Positions 8,619 to 17,274 of a stretch of DNA of 64,000 bases are shown one piece after another. Position 1 is the stretch's first letter; each line of letters begins with the position of its first letter. The notes under the pieces are model-generated. The model saw only the letters and a program-made list of their open reading frames with translations. It was not told where the DNA came from and searched no databases. The DNA lies in contig JABGQM010000013.1 in NCBI GenBank assembly GCA_018648805.1, positions 20,067 to 84,066 of the forward strand, written 5' to 3'. A program made the translations under genes and the position numbers. The stretch is from Verrucomicrobiota bacterium (lineage in GTDB: Bacteria > Verrucomicrobiota > Kiritimatiellia > UBA8416 > JABMPJ01).

Positions 8619-10910
8619 TCAGCGCCCTGCCCATGTGAACCGCTCGCCGGGCTTCAACGTCAGCGTCTGACGGCGGTCGCCCCAACGCAGCGTGCAGGTC
8701 TCTCCCCCTCGCGACAGAATCGTGGCCTCGACCAACTCGCCGTCACTCCAGTTCAGATCGACCACGAAGCCGCCGCGCGCGCACAACCCACGCACGGTCC
8801 CACTCGACCAGGCCTGCGGCAAGGCGGGCAACAGATGCAACACATAGCCGCCCTCCCCGCCCGGCCCCGTCTTCAGGTGGCTCTGCAACAGCATCTCGGC
8901 CACACCGGCGGTGTATCCGAAATTGCCATCGATCTGGAATGGCGGATGGGTGCAGAACAGGTTGGCCTCGGTGAGCTGGCTGATAAAGGCGCGTATATCT
9001 TCATGTGCCTTCTCGGCATCGCGCAGGCGTGCCCGAAAGTTGATCAGCCAGCAGCGACTCCACCCGGTCTGGCCGCCGCCATGCGCGAGTCGTCCATCGA
9101 GGGATTTCTCGGCCGCGGCGATCAGTTCCGGAGACTCCTCGTGGCTATACTGATTCCCGGGGTGGAGACCATAGAGGTGGGAGACATGACGGTGCCCGGA
9201 TTCAAATTCTTCATGCTCCTGCGACCACTCCATCAGGCGACCATCGCTCGCGATGCCCGGAAGCGCCAACGTGCCCAGCGCGGCTTCGACCTCTGCGGAC
9301 AGGTCATCCGTCTCGCCCGCGGCTGCGACGGCTTCGAGGTAGTTGGTGAATACCTCCCGGATGATCTGCTGATCCATGGCGCAGCCCATCGTCAGCATGG
9401 CGCGGCCCTTGTCGGTCACGAAGCTGTTCTCCGGCGAGGTGCTGGGCCCGGAGACGAGCTGGCCTGTCTTCGGATCTTCAACCAGCCAGTCCAGGAAGAA
9501 GAGCGCGCACTCCCGCAGCATCGGCAGGGCGCGTTCCTTGAGGAATCTCATGTCACCGCTGAATCGGACATGCTCCATGAAGTGCTGACTGCACCAGGCC
9601 AGCCCCATGACCCACATGCCGTAACCGGGGCGGCCGTAGAAGGTGGTGTAGAGCCAGGCGTCAGTGGTCACCCCGGCAAAGGCACCGCGGCATCCCAACT
9701 GCCGGGCAGCGGCGCGCGCGTTCGGCAGCAGCTTCTCCATCAGGTCAAAGAAGGGCTCATGGCAGTCGCTCAGATTGGTGGACTCGGCGAGCCAGTAGTT
9801 CATCTGCGTGTTGATGTTGATGTGGTAGTCGCCGTCCCACGGCGCGGCCAGCGATTCATTCCAGACGCCCTGCAGATTGGCCGGCATCGAACCGGGAGGC
9901 GAACTGGTGATCAGCAGATAGCGGCCATAGTGGAACTGCAGCGCCTCCAACGCCGTGTCGGCACCGCCCTCCCTGATCGCCTCTACGCGCGCATCAATCG
10001 GACGCTCGTCACATACGTCTGACGCCAGAGTCAGTTCCACGCGGTTGTAGTGCGCGCCGTGGTCGGCCAGATGCCTCTCCAGAAGTTGTCCGTAGGGCGT
10101 TGCTGCCGCGGTCTCTGCGCGGGTACGCGCCGTTGCGATGAGATCTCCCGGCAAGGGACTGCCGGGAGCACTGAAGTTGTAGTCTGTCGCAGCCGCGAGG
10201 ATCAGAACGACCGAATCAGCCCCCTTTACATGGAGCGTGTCGGTATCCTGCCGGACCACGCCCCCCGTGGCGACCACCTTCAGGACGCCTGCAAACTTAG
10301 TGCCGAGGTGCTTGCCGTTCTGGGAGGCCTGTCCCTGGAGCAGCAGCGTATCATCGGCCAGGCAGCGGCACGTGGCTCCTGATTCGCGTCTTAGCTGGAT
10401 GGCGCCGTTCAATGTGCCTGGCGTACTAGCGCTGTACCGCGCGACGCAGACATTCGCGCTGGCGCTGCAGAAGACCTCCGCTTCAGTTCGCGTGTCAGCA
10501 ATCTGCCAGGATGACACCGCCACCGCCCGCCGAAGATCAAGCTCGCGATGGTAGTCGGTCGCCTCGGCGGGACGCCATCCCCGGTCGAAGCGGATCAGAA
10601 GATCGCCCAACGGCTGTTGCGAACGGGGCGCGATGCGAGGAGCCAACGCCTTCTCCAGAATCAGGTTGTCGGCATCGACATACTTGCCGTCGAAGATGAG
10701 CTGGCGCGCCTCCTCAATGGCCTCTCTGGCCGTCGGCGGCATTTCCGGAACCGGAGGACCGCCCCAGATCGACTCCTCGGTGATCTGGATCCGTTCGGCT
10801 ACCGGATCGCCAAAGACCATGGCGCCAAGCGACCCATTGCCGATCGGCAGTGCGGCATGCCAGTCGGTGGCGGGGGTGTCGTACCAAAGCGTATGCGCAT
10901 CTGTTCTCAT
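8619..10910 (-). CDS. GH95 alpha-L-fucosidase
   Basis: GH95 N-terminal signature LWYDTPATDWHAALPIGNGSLGAMVFGDPVAERIQITEESIWGG. The track ORF extends to 11039, but the probable start is MRTDAHTLWY (about 10910), which removes the overlap with the sulfatase. Long six-hairpin region follows. Confidence 0.8.
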   Translation of the reverse strand: MRTDAHTLWYDTPATDWHAALPIGNGSLGAMVFGDPVAERIQITEESIWGGPPVPEMPPTAREAIEEARQLIFDGKYVDADNLILEKALAPRIAPRSQQPLGDLLIRFDRGWRPAEATDYHRELDLRRAVAVSSWQIADTRTEAEVFCSASANVCVARYSASTPGTLNGAIQLRRESGATCRCLADDTLLLQGQASQNGKHLGTKFAGVLKVVATGGVVRQDTDTLHVKGADSVVLILAAATDYNFSAPGSPLPGDLIATARTRAETAAATPYGQLLERHLADHGAHYNRVELTLASDVCDERPIDARVEAIREGGADTALEALQFHYGRYLLITSSPPGSMPANLQGVWNESLAAPWDGDYHININTQMNYWLAESTNLSDCHEPFFDLMEKLLPNARAAARQLGCRGAFAGVTTDAWLYTTFYGRPGYGMWVMGLAWCSQHFMEHVRFSGDMRFLKERALPMLRECALFFLDWLVEDPKTGQLVSGPSTSPENSFVTDKGRAMLTMGCAMDQQIIREVFTNYLEAVAAAGETDDLSAEVEAALGTLALPGIASDGRLMEWSQEHEEFESGHRHVSHLYGLHPGNQYSHEESPELIAAAEKSLDGRLAHGGGQTGWSRCWLINFRARLRDAEKAHEDIRAFISQLTEANLFCTHPPFQIDGNFGYTAGVAEMLLQSHLKTGPGGEGGYVLHLLPALPQAWSSGTVRGLCARGGFVVDLNWSDGELVEATILSRGGETCTLRWGDRRQTLTLKPGERFTWAGR

Positions 10911-10980
10911 CGTCGTATCCCTATTCTCTGCTCGTGAATCTATAGTTTCATGAAAGGTGCGGCACCTGGACCACATCGGC

Positions 10981-12471
10981 TCAGGTTGCGGTGACCGCCG
11001 CCAGCCCCAGTCGGGTGAACTGCTCAGATGGGGCATCATTCTGTCGCATCAGCTCTCTGATCTGCTCGCATAGCCTCGCTTCCACGTCTGGATTCTGAAG
11101 GGGCTGCAGCTGATCAGGGTCGCTGGCCAGGTCGTAGAGCGCGGTTGGGAACGTCACCTGACGGTCAGCTCCGCCCTGCCCCAGTCGCGCCTTGGCATCC
11201 ACCTTGAGCGTCCGAAGCCCCTTGGTGAAGCTGAACGGCTCAGCCAGCTCGGCCGTTGCGAGCATCTCGTGTGGCATAAAGGCGCGCCCGCCACCGTGCT
11301 CCGTGGGCATCAGCGTGTACTCATGCAAGGGCGCGTTCTCCGCGACGGGACCGCGCATGTAGACGTAGCGACCATCCGTGCAGTTGACGTGGCCACCGAA
11401 CAGACCGAACAGCGCGGCTTCGCGCACCGGTTGGTCGGTCGCGACCGTCTCACGCAGTGGCACCCCTTGCATATCCGGCGGCAACGGCTGGTCAAAATAG
11501 TCGAGCACGGTCGGTGCCAGATCAATGGTCTGCACCAGCGCCTCGCGTCGCTCCCCACGTATCCCGCTGCGCGGATCCCAGATAAAGAGCGGCGTCTGCG
11601 CCACCTCATTGTAGAACGGGGCCCAGCACTTGGCCCAGCAGCCATGCTCACCCAACAGGAAGCCGTGGTCGGTGTTGACAATGAGGAGGGTGTCCTGCCA
11701 CATGTCATGCTCATCCATAAAATCGAGCACGCGCCCCAGCGACGCGTCGCACATGGTATGCAGCGCGGCACACTCCCGACGACAACGCTCGATCTCCTCA
11801 GGTGTCTCCTTCACCCCACGATAGGGTGGCCAGTCGAAATGCGGGCCCTCCGTCTTGGGATATAGCTCACGAAACCGCGCCGGTGCGAAGTAGGGCTCAT
11901 GCGGGTCAAAGGTTTCGACATGCAGAAACCAGTTGTCTGCATCGTGGTTCTGCTCAAGGAACTCCACCGCATGATCAAACGTGCGCGTCTGATAGTGGTC
12001 CTTCTCGTCGGCCAAGTAGGTGCGATTGGTCCAGTAGTTGGGCGACGTACCCGTCCCGTTCACCGTCTCAGGGATGGCCGGTGGCTTCACGGCGGCCTTC
12101 CAGGCATCGAATTCCTGACCCCGTACGATCTCCCAACTCGAGTAGCGGCTGTGATAGGTCGCCCCGCCATCCTCCCAGTAGTGGTAGTGATCACTGATCA
12201 GGTGGCTGTAGATGCCATGGTCCTTCAGCAACTCCGGCATCGAATCATCGAACGGTTCTATCGGTCCCCAACTCGCATGCAGAAAGTTGTAGCGCCCCGT
12301 ATGCAGCTCGCGGCGTGCCGGCATGCAAGGCATGCTGCCCACATAGGCGTTCTCAAAGGTCACCGCCCGCTCAGTCAGACGCTTGAAGTTGGGTGTCTGC
12401 ACCCAATCGCACCCATAGGGCTCAAGCATCCGCCGATTCAGCGAATCAAACATCACCATGATTGCATTCAT
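10981..12471 (-). CDS. Sulfatase (alkaline-phosphatase superfamily, formylglycine CxPxR type)
   Basis: Active-site block SMPCMPARRELHTGRY (C-x-P-x-R) and metal-binding N-terminus MNAIMVMFDSLN. The ATG at 12471 follows the GTG-start track ORF. No signal peptide in this frame. Confidence 0.75.
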   Translation of the reverse strand: MNAIMVMFDSLNRRMLEPYGCDWVQTPNFKRLTERAVTFENAYVGSMPCMPARRELHTGRYNFLHASWGPIEPFDDSMPELLKDHGIYSHLISDHYHYWEDGGATYHSRYSSWEIVRGQEFDAWKAAVKPPAIPETVNGTGTSPNYWTNRTYLADEKDHYQTRTFDHAVEFLEQNHDADNWFLHVETFDPHEPYFAPARFRELYPKTEGPHFDWPPYRGVKETPEEIERCRRECAALHTMCDASLGRVLDFMDEHDMWQDTLLIVNTDHGFLLGEHGCWAKCWAPFYNEVAQTPLFIWDPRSGIRGERREALVQTIDLAPTVLDYFDQPLPPDMQGVPLRETVATDQPVREAALFGLFGGHVNCTDGRYVYMRGPVAENAPLHEYTLMPTEHGGGRAFMPHEMLATAELAEPFSFTKGLRTLKVDAKARLGQGGADRQVTFPTALYDLASDPDQLQPLQNPDVEARLCEQIRELMRQNDAPSEQFTRLGLAAVTAT

Positions 12472-12683
12472 AGGCGGGTCGCTCCCCCTGCCGCACACAA
12501 CGAATCCGTCACCGACGCGCGAACAGTGCGTACGGCGCGCGTGCTACCCCCCACCACGACAACATCCACATCATAGGCCACGGGAATTTCACGGGCGCGC
12601 TCAAGAACGGTTGCTGTGGCAGATGCCGTCGCTACAGCGCACAGCAACACAAGGGCGGACAGGTAGACTTTCTTCATACTCAT
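12468..12683 (-). CDS. Orphan signal-peptide ORF immediately upstream of the sulfatase (possible frameshifted sulfatase leader or gene remnant)
   Basis: MSMKKVYLSALVLLCAVATASA is a canonical signal peptide. The ORF stops 1 codon before the sulfatase ATG in a different frame. The sulfatase frame has a TAG stop about 25 codons upstream and no leader of its own. Confidence 0.25.
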   Translation of the reverse strand: MSMKKVYLSALVLLCAVATASATATVLERAREIPVAYDVDVVVVGGSTRAVRTVRASVTDSLCAAGGATRL

Positions 12684-12694
12684 CTCGACCTCTC

Positions 12695-15121
12695 TTACTT
12701 GGCCTTCTTTTGCGCTTCCAGCTGCTTGTGTTCCTCCATCGCAGCTTTGGCCGCCGGGCTGAGTTTAGCGGGGTCCTGCTTCATGTAGATTCGACTGTGA
12801 GGCAGCACGGCATCAGGGAACCGCTTCCGTGCAGGGGCGAATAGCTTGTTTAGCCCGTCCGGGAACTGGGCTGCATTCTGAAGAATGGTGTTCAGCATCG
12901 TTTCCTCCGCGCGCCACATACTGATCTTGTCCGGGCCGTGGATTTCGGCCGCCCGCGGGAAGTCTGTGTAGGACGTGGCCAGTACGTCCAGAGCGAGCTT
13001 CCGCACCTCTGGCGTCGCGCTCTTCAGGCCACCGAAGATCTTTCCAACGGGAGACGAGCGAGGGACGTTGGTGTTCCTGGCCATGATCTTGCCCACGGCG
13101 GGCAGGATTCTGCGGCAAAATCGCTCGTCGCCGGCCACCTTGGCCAGGGGCAGCATTGCGGCCGCCGAAAGCCACCACTCTTCGTGGTCCAGCCAGTAGA
13201 GCAACCGATCCACCTGCGGTGCGATCTGTTCCGCGCTCAGCAGGCTCAACCCTCTAAGCGCGTCGTGCACGACCCACAGAGATTCATCCGCATCGTTGAT
13301 GATGGAATAGAGCTGTTTGACCATGTCGTCCGTGATCCGATTGGCCGGCATGGGGCGTCGCTTGAAGGTACAGTAGATCGCCATCGTTCCCGTGTGCCGC
13401 ACACGAGGGTCCTTGGATGTGAGCAGCTTGACGACCAGATGATCACGCTTGTGCTTCCAGATGAAGCTTGCCGCACCCCGCCGCATCCCGTGATCCGCGT
13501 GATGTGCATATTTGAGCAGGACGTCGTCGCTCACGTCCGGGGCGCTCATGATCCCCCAGACAGGCTGAGACGCGTCCGTTACGAACACTTCGCGGTCAAC
13601 ATCCTGCACGGTGCCGCCATCCTGCATAGCCGGCACATTCGAGCAGAAGGCATCGTCGGCGGCATTCCCCCAAGCACGTTCCGGCAGTTTGTATGGCTTC
13701 AGAAACTTGCTCCGCGGTGCGCCGGTCAACTGCAGCGTCTTGCGCGGCGCCGTGTACGACATGCCCATCGTGATGCCCCATGATTCGGGTTTATCGTATC
13801 GCCCCCCACCGCCCACGATACCAAAGGAGCCGTCGTGGCGTCTGGAAAGCTCATAGAACCACTGCCGCTTGTCCATGAACTCGCGGTGCTTCTTCGGCTT
13901 CTTGTCCTGCATCAGGCCCATGGAATAGCTCCGCCAGATTTCGCCCACGCCACCACCGGTATGCCCGATCAGCATCCACGACGTGGAGTAGAATCCTTTG
14001 ACTGCCGAGTTGTCGCGTGCCCGGGCGTAGATCGAGTTCTCGCCATCGGGTGTCAGCCGGGCGGCCGCAGCCATGGTGAATGCAAGACCGCCGGTCTTGC
14101 CGTTGTCGACGAAGCTCTGCTCAGGGATGCCATCGCCATACGGCACGTTGCCCCGGCAGGCAAAGCGGAAGAAATGCTTAAACGACTTCTGCAATGTGGC
14201 TTCATCGACCTCAGCACCGCAGGCCTGGGCCATCAGCAGAAACGTCACCACGTGTACGCCACAGGCATTGATATGTCCGCCGCCCATGTAGGGGAATGCC
14301 ATATGCGCATCCGGGCCGCGTCGGCCCTGGTACGTACCGTGTGCCCAGCCGTCGTTATACATGTCCCACCGGGCGTGGTCTGCGATCATGCTGATGAGGG
14401 GCAGCACCGATTTGTCACCGGTGCGCAGGTAGTACTCGCACAGCGGAACGCCCGCATAGCCAACGGTCCAGTTCTGGATCGGGGCCACGTCGGCCGGCGT
14501 CTTGTACGTCTCGACCAGTTTTCCGGCCCAGCGGCGAGCGACCGCGAGATCCTTCTCCTCGCCTGTTGAAAGCATGAACAGCATGGCCGGGCCCGTAAGA
14601 TGGCTCAGCGGGAAGTCTTCGCGCGTTCTGAGATAGTCGGCCAGATCAGTGACGATCTTGTCGGACTTCTTGCAGTTCAGCGGCCAGGTCTTGCTGTAGG
14701 CACCGATCGCCGGAATCTTCACCGCGACCTCCCGGGCATCAGCGTCTGCCTTATCGCGAATGATGAACTTCAGCACGCCGTCCTTCGCTTCAGCCTTCGT
14801 GATCATGTTGCCGAGCTGAATGCGGGGGTCGATATCCTGCAGCTTCTCGCCGTTGATCGTGTCGATGATCTGCCCCGTCTTCAGGCCACTCTTCTCGGCA
14901 GGTGATCCGGGCTCCACGCTCTTAATCTTCATGCCGAACGCCGGCAGCGTCAGCTCAATGCTCAGTCCTGCCGGGCCAAACCGGTTGACGAGCTGCCCCC
15001 CTCGCGTCTCACTGGGACGGAACGCAAAGTAAATGGCGTCCGGTGCATAGTATGCGGCCTCCACGGCTGCGGCCGTGATAAGCACCATGATGATCGCAAC
15101 AATCCACTTCGTCTGTTTCAT
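12695..15121 (-). CDS. Secreted PDZ-domain / alpha-alpha-toroid-like protein (paralog 2 of 3)
   Basis: Start at MKQTKWIVAIIMVLITAAAVEA, preceded by an AGGAGA RBS. PDZ-like block KIKSVEPGSPAEKSGLKTGQIIDTINGEKL. Blocks shared with 3621..7280: AYSKTWPLNCKKSDKIV, EYYLRTGDKS, GHTGGGVGEIWR, TAPRKTLQLTGAPR. Confidence 0.6.
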   Translation of the reverse strand: MKQTKWIVAIIMVLITAAAVEAAYYAPDAIYFAFRPSETRGGQLVNRFGPAGLSIELTLPAFGMKIKSVEPGSPAEKSGLKTGQIIDTINGEKLQDIDPRIQLGNMITKAEAKDGVLKFIIRDKADADAREVAVKIPAIGAYSKTWPLNCKKSDKIVTDLADYLRTREDFPLSHLTGPAMLFMLSTGEEKDLAVARRWAGKLVETYKTPADVAPIQNWTVGYAGVPLCEYYLRTGDKSVLPLISMIADHARWDMYNDGWAHGTYQGRRGPDAHMAFPYMGGGHINACGVHVVTFLLMAQACGAEVDEATLQKSFKHFFRFACRGNVPYGDGIPEQSFVDNGKTGGLAFTMAAAARLTPDGENSIYARARDNSAVKGFYSTSWMLIGHTGGGVGEIWRSYSMGLMQDKKPKKHREFMDKRQWFYELSRRHDGSFGIVGGGGRYDKPESWGITMGMSYTAPRKTLQLTGAPRSKFLKPYKLPERAWGNAADDAFCSNVPAMQDGGTVQDVDREVFVTDASQPVWGIMSAPDVSDDVLLKYAHHADHGMRRGAASFIWKHKRDHLVVKLLTSKDPRVRHTGTMAIYCTFKRRPMPANRITDDMVKQLYSIINDADESLWVVHDALRGLSLLSAEQIAPQVDRLLYWLDHEEWWLSAAAMLPLAKVAGDERFCRRILPAVGKIMARNTNVPRSSPVGKIFGGLKSATPEVRKLALDVLATSYTDFPRAAEIHGPDKISMWRAEETMLNTILQNAAQFPDGLNKLFAPARKRFPDAVLPHSRIYMKQDPAKLSPAAKAAMEEHKQLEAQKKAK

Positions 15122-15289
15122 ATCGGATACGTCTCCTGTTTCGCCATTCTGTTCCTGGTGCCCGGCACCGTTCAAACTATTTCTCGTTCGCAAGCCGCGG
15201 CCATCACCGCGCCCCCACCTTCAGCATGCACAATATTCAGAAGTAAGTATACTCGATCAACACGCAGGCAATACACATCACTACCTTTT

Positions 15290-16369
15290 TCATTCTGGCG
15301 TCCCCATCGTTGCTGCATGATTCTCTGCCAGTAGTCGCGCCAGCATTCCGCCGGGGGTGACGTGGGGCGTGAAGAGAGAACTGCCCTGGTCGATCACAAA
15401 GCGGTTCCTCTGCTCTGCGGCCGCGAGATCGCCATCGCGGTTGCGCATCTCCAGCACGAGCATCCGATTCTCCTGAAGGGCCTCAGCGAATCCGGGCGCG
15501 TAGCCCGCGCGCTCAAGATCCCAAGCCGGGCAGGCGATTACGCGCTTCTTGTGCTTCAGGAGCCAGGCGAGAATCTCTTTCTCCTTCGGGGAATGCCAGC
15601 CACCCAGGTAAACATCCGCTTCAGGCAGATTGCCGATGTGCGGGGCGTTGCGGCTGCAGAGTACGCCAAGGGTTTCCGCATTCCAAAGGGCGGGATTCCC
15701 AATGCCGCGCAACCCATTGCCAAAAGTCTGCACGCATTTCCACGGGTTCATGCGGATGTATTGGGCAATCTTCTTCTCGGCCTCGGCAGAGCGCACAATC
15801 ATTTCATAATAATTGCGGTGCCAGATTTTCTTTTTGAACGGCGGAAATCTTCCGGCCTTCACGCCCTGAATATAGGCGTGCGTGGAGCGCGATTTGAAAG
15901 CGCAGATGAAATCGCCCAGCCCTTTTTCGCCCTTTTGAATTCGGATCAGCGCATGAAAATGATCAGGCATAATGCAATAAGCTAAGAGCGAGGGCGAAGG
16001 CGCAGAAGGGGCAGAATGCGGGGAAAGAGGGGGAAGAGGGGAAAGAGGGGGAAGAGGGGCAGACACAAGGCCTGCCCGTACGGGCGCGCCTTGTGTGCGC
16101 CCCTCCCCAGAGCGCTCCTCCCCAGAGCGCTCCTCCCCTGAGCGCCCCTCCCCAGAGCGCCCCCTTCCTGCGCCTTGGGCCTCTAGAGCAATTTCTTCCC
16201 AGATGAGAATCAGGATTTCTTTCGCCCCCTCAGCCGCAAAAATATCGCCCGCCTCCCGATGCGCGCAGAGGGTGATGAAATAGGTTCCTCCGCCGGCATA
16301 ATCATGCCCTTTGAGCCGAATGCTTCGGCGGTGATGCTTTTGGGGATCATAGGTCATTGAGGCGGCCAA
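15290..16369 (-). CDS. REP-associated tyrosine transposase (RAYT, IS200-like HuH Y1) with an internal low-complexity insertion and a C-terminal DprA/SLOG-like Rossmann domain
   Basis: HDYAGGGTYFITLC (beta1), YCIMPDHFHALI (HuH) and WHRNYYEMIVRS (catalytic Tyr) match the RAYT/IS200 pattern. The C-terminal ~140 aa (GVLCSRNAP...VIACPAWDLE...EQRNRFVIDQGSSLFTPHVTPGGMLARLLAEN) resemble DprA motifs (IVGSRNAS; RRNRII..SG.LITAR). A continuous 359-aa ORF. Confidence 0.65.
   Translation of the reverse strand: MAASMTYDPQKHHRRSIRLKGHDYAGGGTYFITLCAHREAGDIFAAEGAKEILILIWEEIALEAQGAGRGRSGEGRSGEERSGEERSGEGRTQGAPVRAGLVSAPLPPLSPLPPLSPHSAPSAPSPSLLAYCIMPDHFHALIRIQKGEKGLGDFICAFKSRSTHAYIQGVKAGRFPPFKKKIWHRNYYEMIVRSAEAEKKIAQYIRMNPWKCVQTFGNGLRGIGNPALWNAETLGVLCSRNAPHIGNLPEADVYLGGWHSPKEKEILAWLLKHKKRVIACPAWDLERAGYAPGFAEALQENRMLVLEMRNRDGDLAAAEQRNRFVIDQGSSLFTPHVTPGGMLARLLAENHAATMGTPE
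15985..16175. repeat. Repeat-rich in-frame insertion inside the RAYT gene: GA-rich tandem repeats, a 34-bp near-palindrome, and CT-rich tandem repeats
   Basis: 16019-16060 (gaggggaaagaggggga)x2; 16063-16096 acacaaggcctgcccgtacgggcgcgccttgtgt (contains the perfect 12-bp palindrome gcccgtacgggc); 16101-16170 (ctccccagagcgctc)x4. It encodes GRGRSGEGRSGEERSGEERSGEGR...LPPLSPLPPLSPHSAPSAPS between the beta1 strand and the HuH motif. Confidence 0.8.
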
Positions 16370-17274
16370 TCCAGCGTGTAGCTGTGCCCTGGCTCCTTGT
16401 TATGCTGCTTCAGAAGCGGCGAATAGGCCGCAACACGGATCTTCCCGGCAACCGGGTCGAAACGCATGGTCTGCAGCCAGCCGTTCCCGCCATTGGGAGC
16501 CCCCTGGTAGTCGCAGAGAATCTCAAGAACGTCGCCACCGCTGTCGTTGACAGAGACTCCGTGGGCAACCGCGGGCACATGGCCGCCGACCACGATCCGG
16601 ATATTGGGGCTCATGCGCACAAGTTCATCCCAGATCAGGCGGCCGCGCGGGCCCTTCTTGTCGCCCCTCAGGAGATAGGCGTGGGTGGCCAGAATGATCG
16701 TCTCTTTCGGATGATCGGCGGCAGTCTTCCGCGCCCAGGCCAGCTCCGACTCCGTCGGGTCGTAGGTCAGAGAGAGGACCATCCATTGCCGTCCACCCGC
16801 GGAAAAGCGGCAGGTGTTGACCCCGTTATTGGTGGGGCTGACCGATCCCCCGTACCACGGCTGCGCGGCAAAGCGGGCGGGGCCGAAATACGTGTTGTAG
16901 AGGGTCAGCTTTCCGGGGGCCCCGTCATGGTTGCCGGGCAGCACGCTGTAGGGCACATGACCGTCGAGCACCTTGTGGGCCCGATCGGCGGCCTCCCATT
17001 CGGACTTGTTCTGCGGGGTCTGAACAATATCGCCGAGGTGTATCACAAAGGTCGTATTCAGTTCCGCGGCCGTCTCCTTGATCCAGCGGGTCTGCGCCAC
17101 GTAGGTCTCAGGGAACTTCTGACTGTAGAACTGCGTATCCGGGAGCAGAACGATGGTGAATGGATTGTCAATCCGTGGGGTGCTGCGCGGCACCGTCGCG
17201 CAACTGGTCAGCAGCAGCGCCACAACCAGCATCAGGACATTACCAACCACTAGTCTCACCCTCTTCATAACCAT
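16354..17274 (-). CDS. Calcineurin-like metallophosphoesterase lipoprotein
   Basis: HLGDIVQ and LPGNHD phosphoesterase motifs. N-terminal lipoprotein signal MVMKRVRLVVGNVLMLVVALLLTSC. Its ATG overlaps the stop of the upstream gene (TGATG). Confidence 0.7.
   Translation of the reverse strand: MVMKRVRLVVGNVLMLVVALLLTSCATVPRSTPRIDNPFTIVLLPDTQFYSQKFPETYVAQTRWIKETAAELNTTFVIHLGDIVQTPQNKSEWEAADRAHKVLDGHVPYSVLPGNHDGAPGKLTLYNTYFGPARFAAQPWYGGSVSPTNNGVNTCRFSAGGRQWMVLSLTYDPTESELAWARKTAADHPKETIILATHAYLLRGDKKGPRGRLIWDELVRMSPNIRIVVGGHVPAVAHGVSVNDSGGDVLEILCDYQGAPNGGNGWLQTMRFDPVAGKIRVAAYSPLLKQHNKEPGHSYTLDWPPQ

Noticed and set aside
12540-12580. YDVDVVVVGGS in the orphan ORF looked like an FAD/NAD Rossmann GxGxxG start
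   Set aside because: It lacks the third Gly and the ORF stops about 25 residues later; most likely chance in GC-rich sequence. Kept only as part of the frameshift/remnant note.
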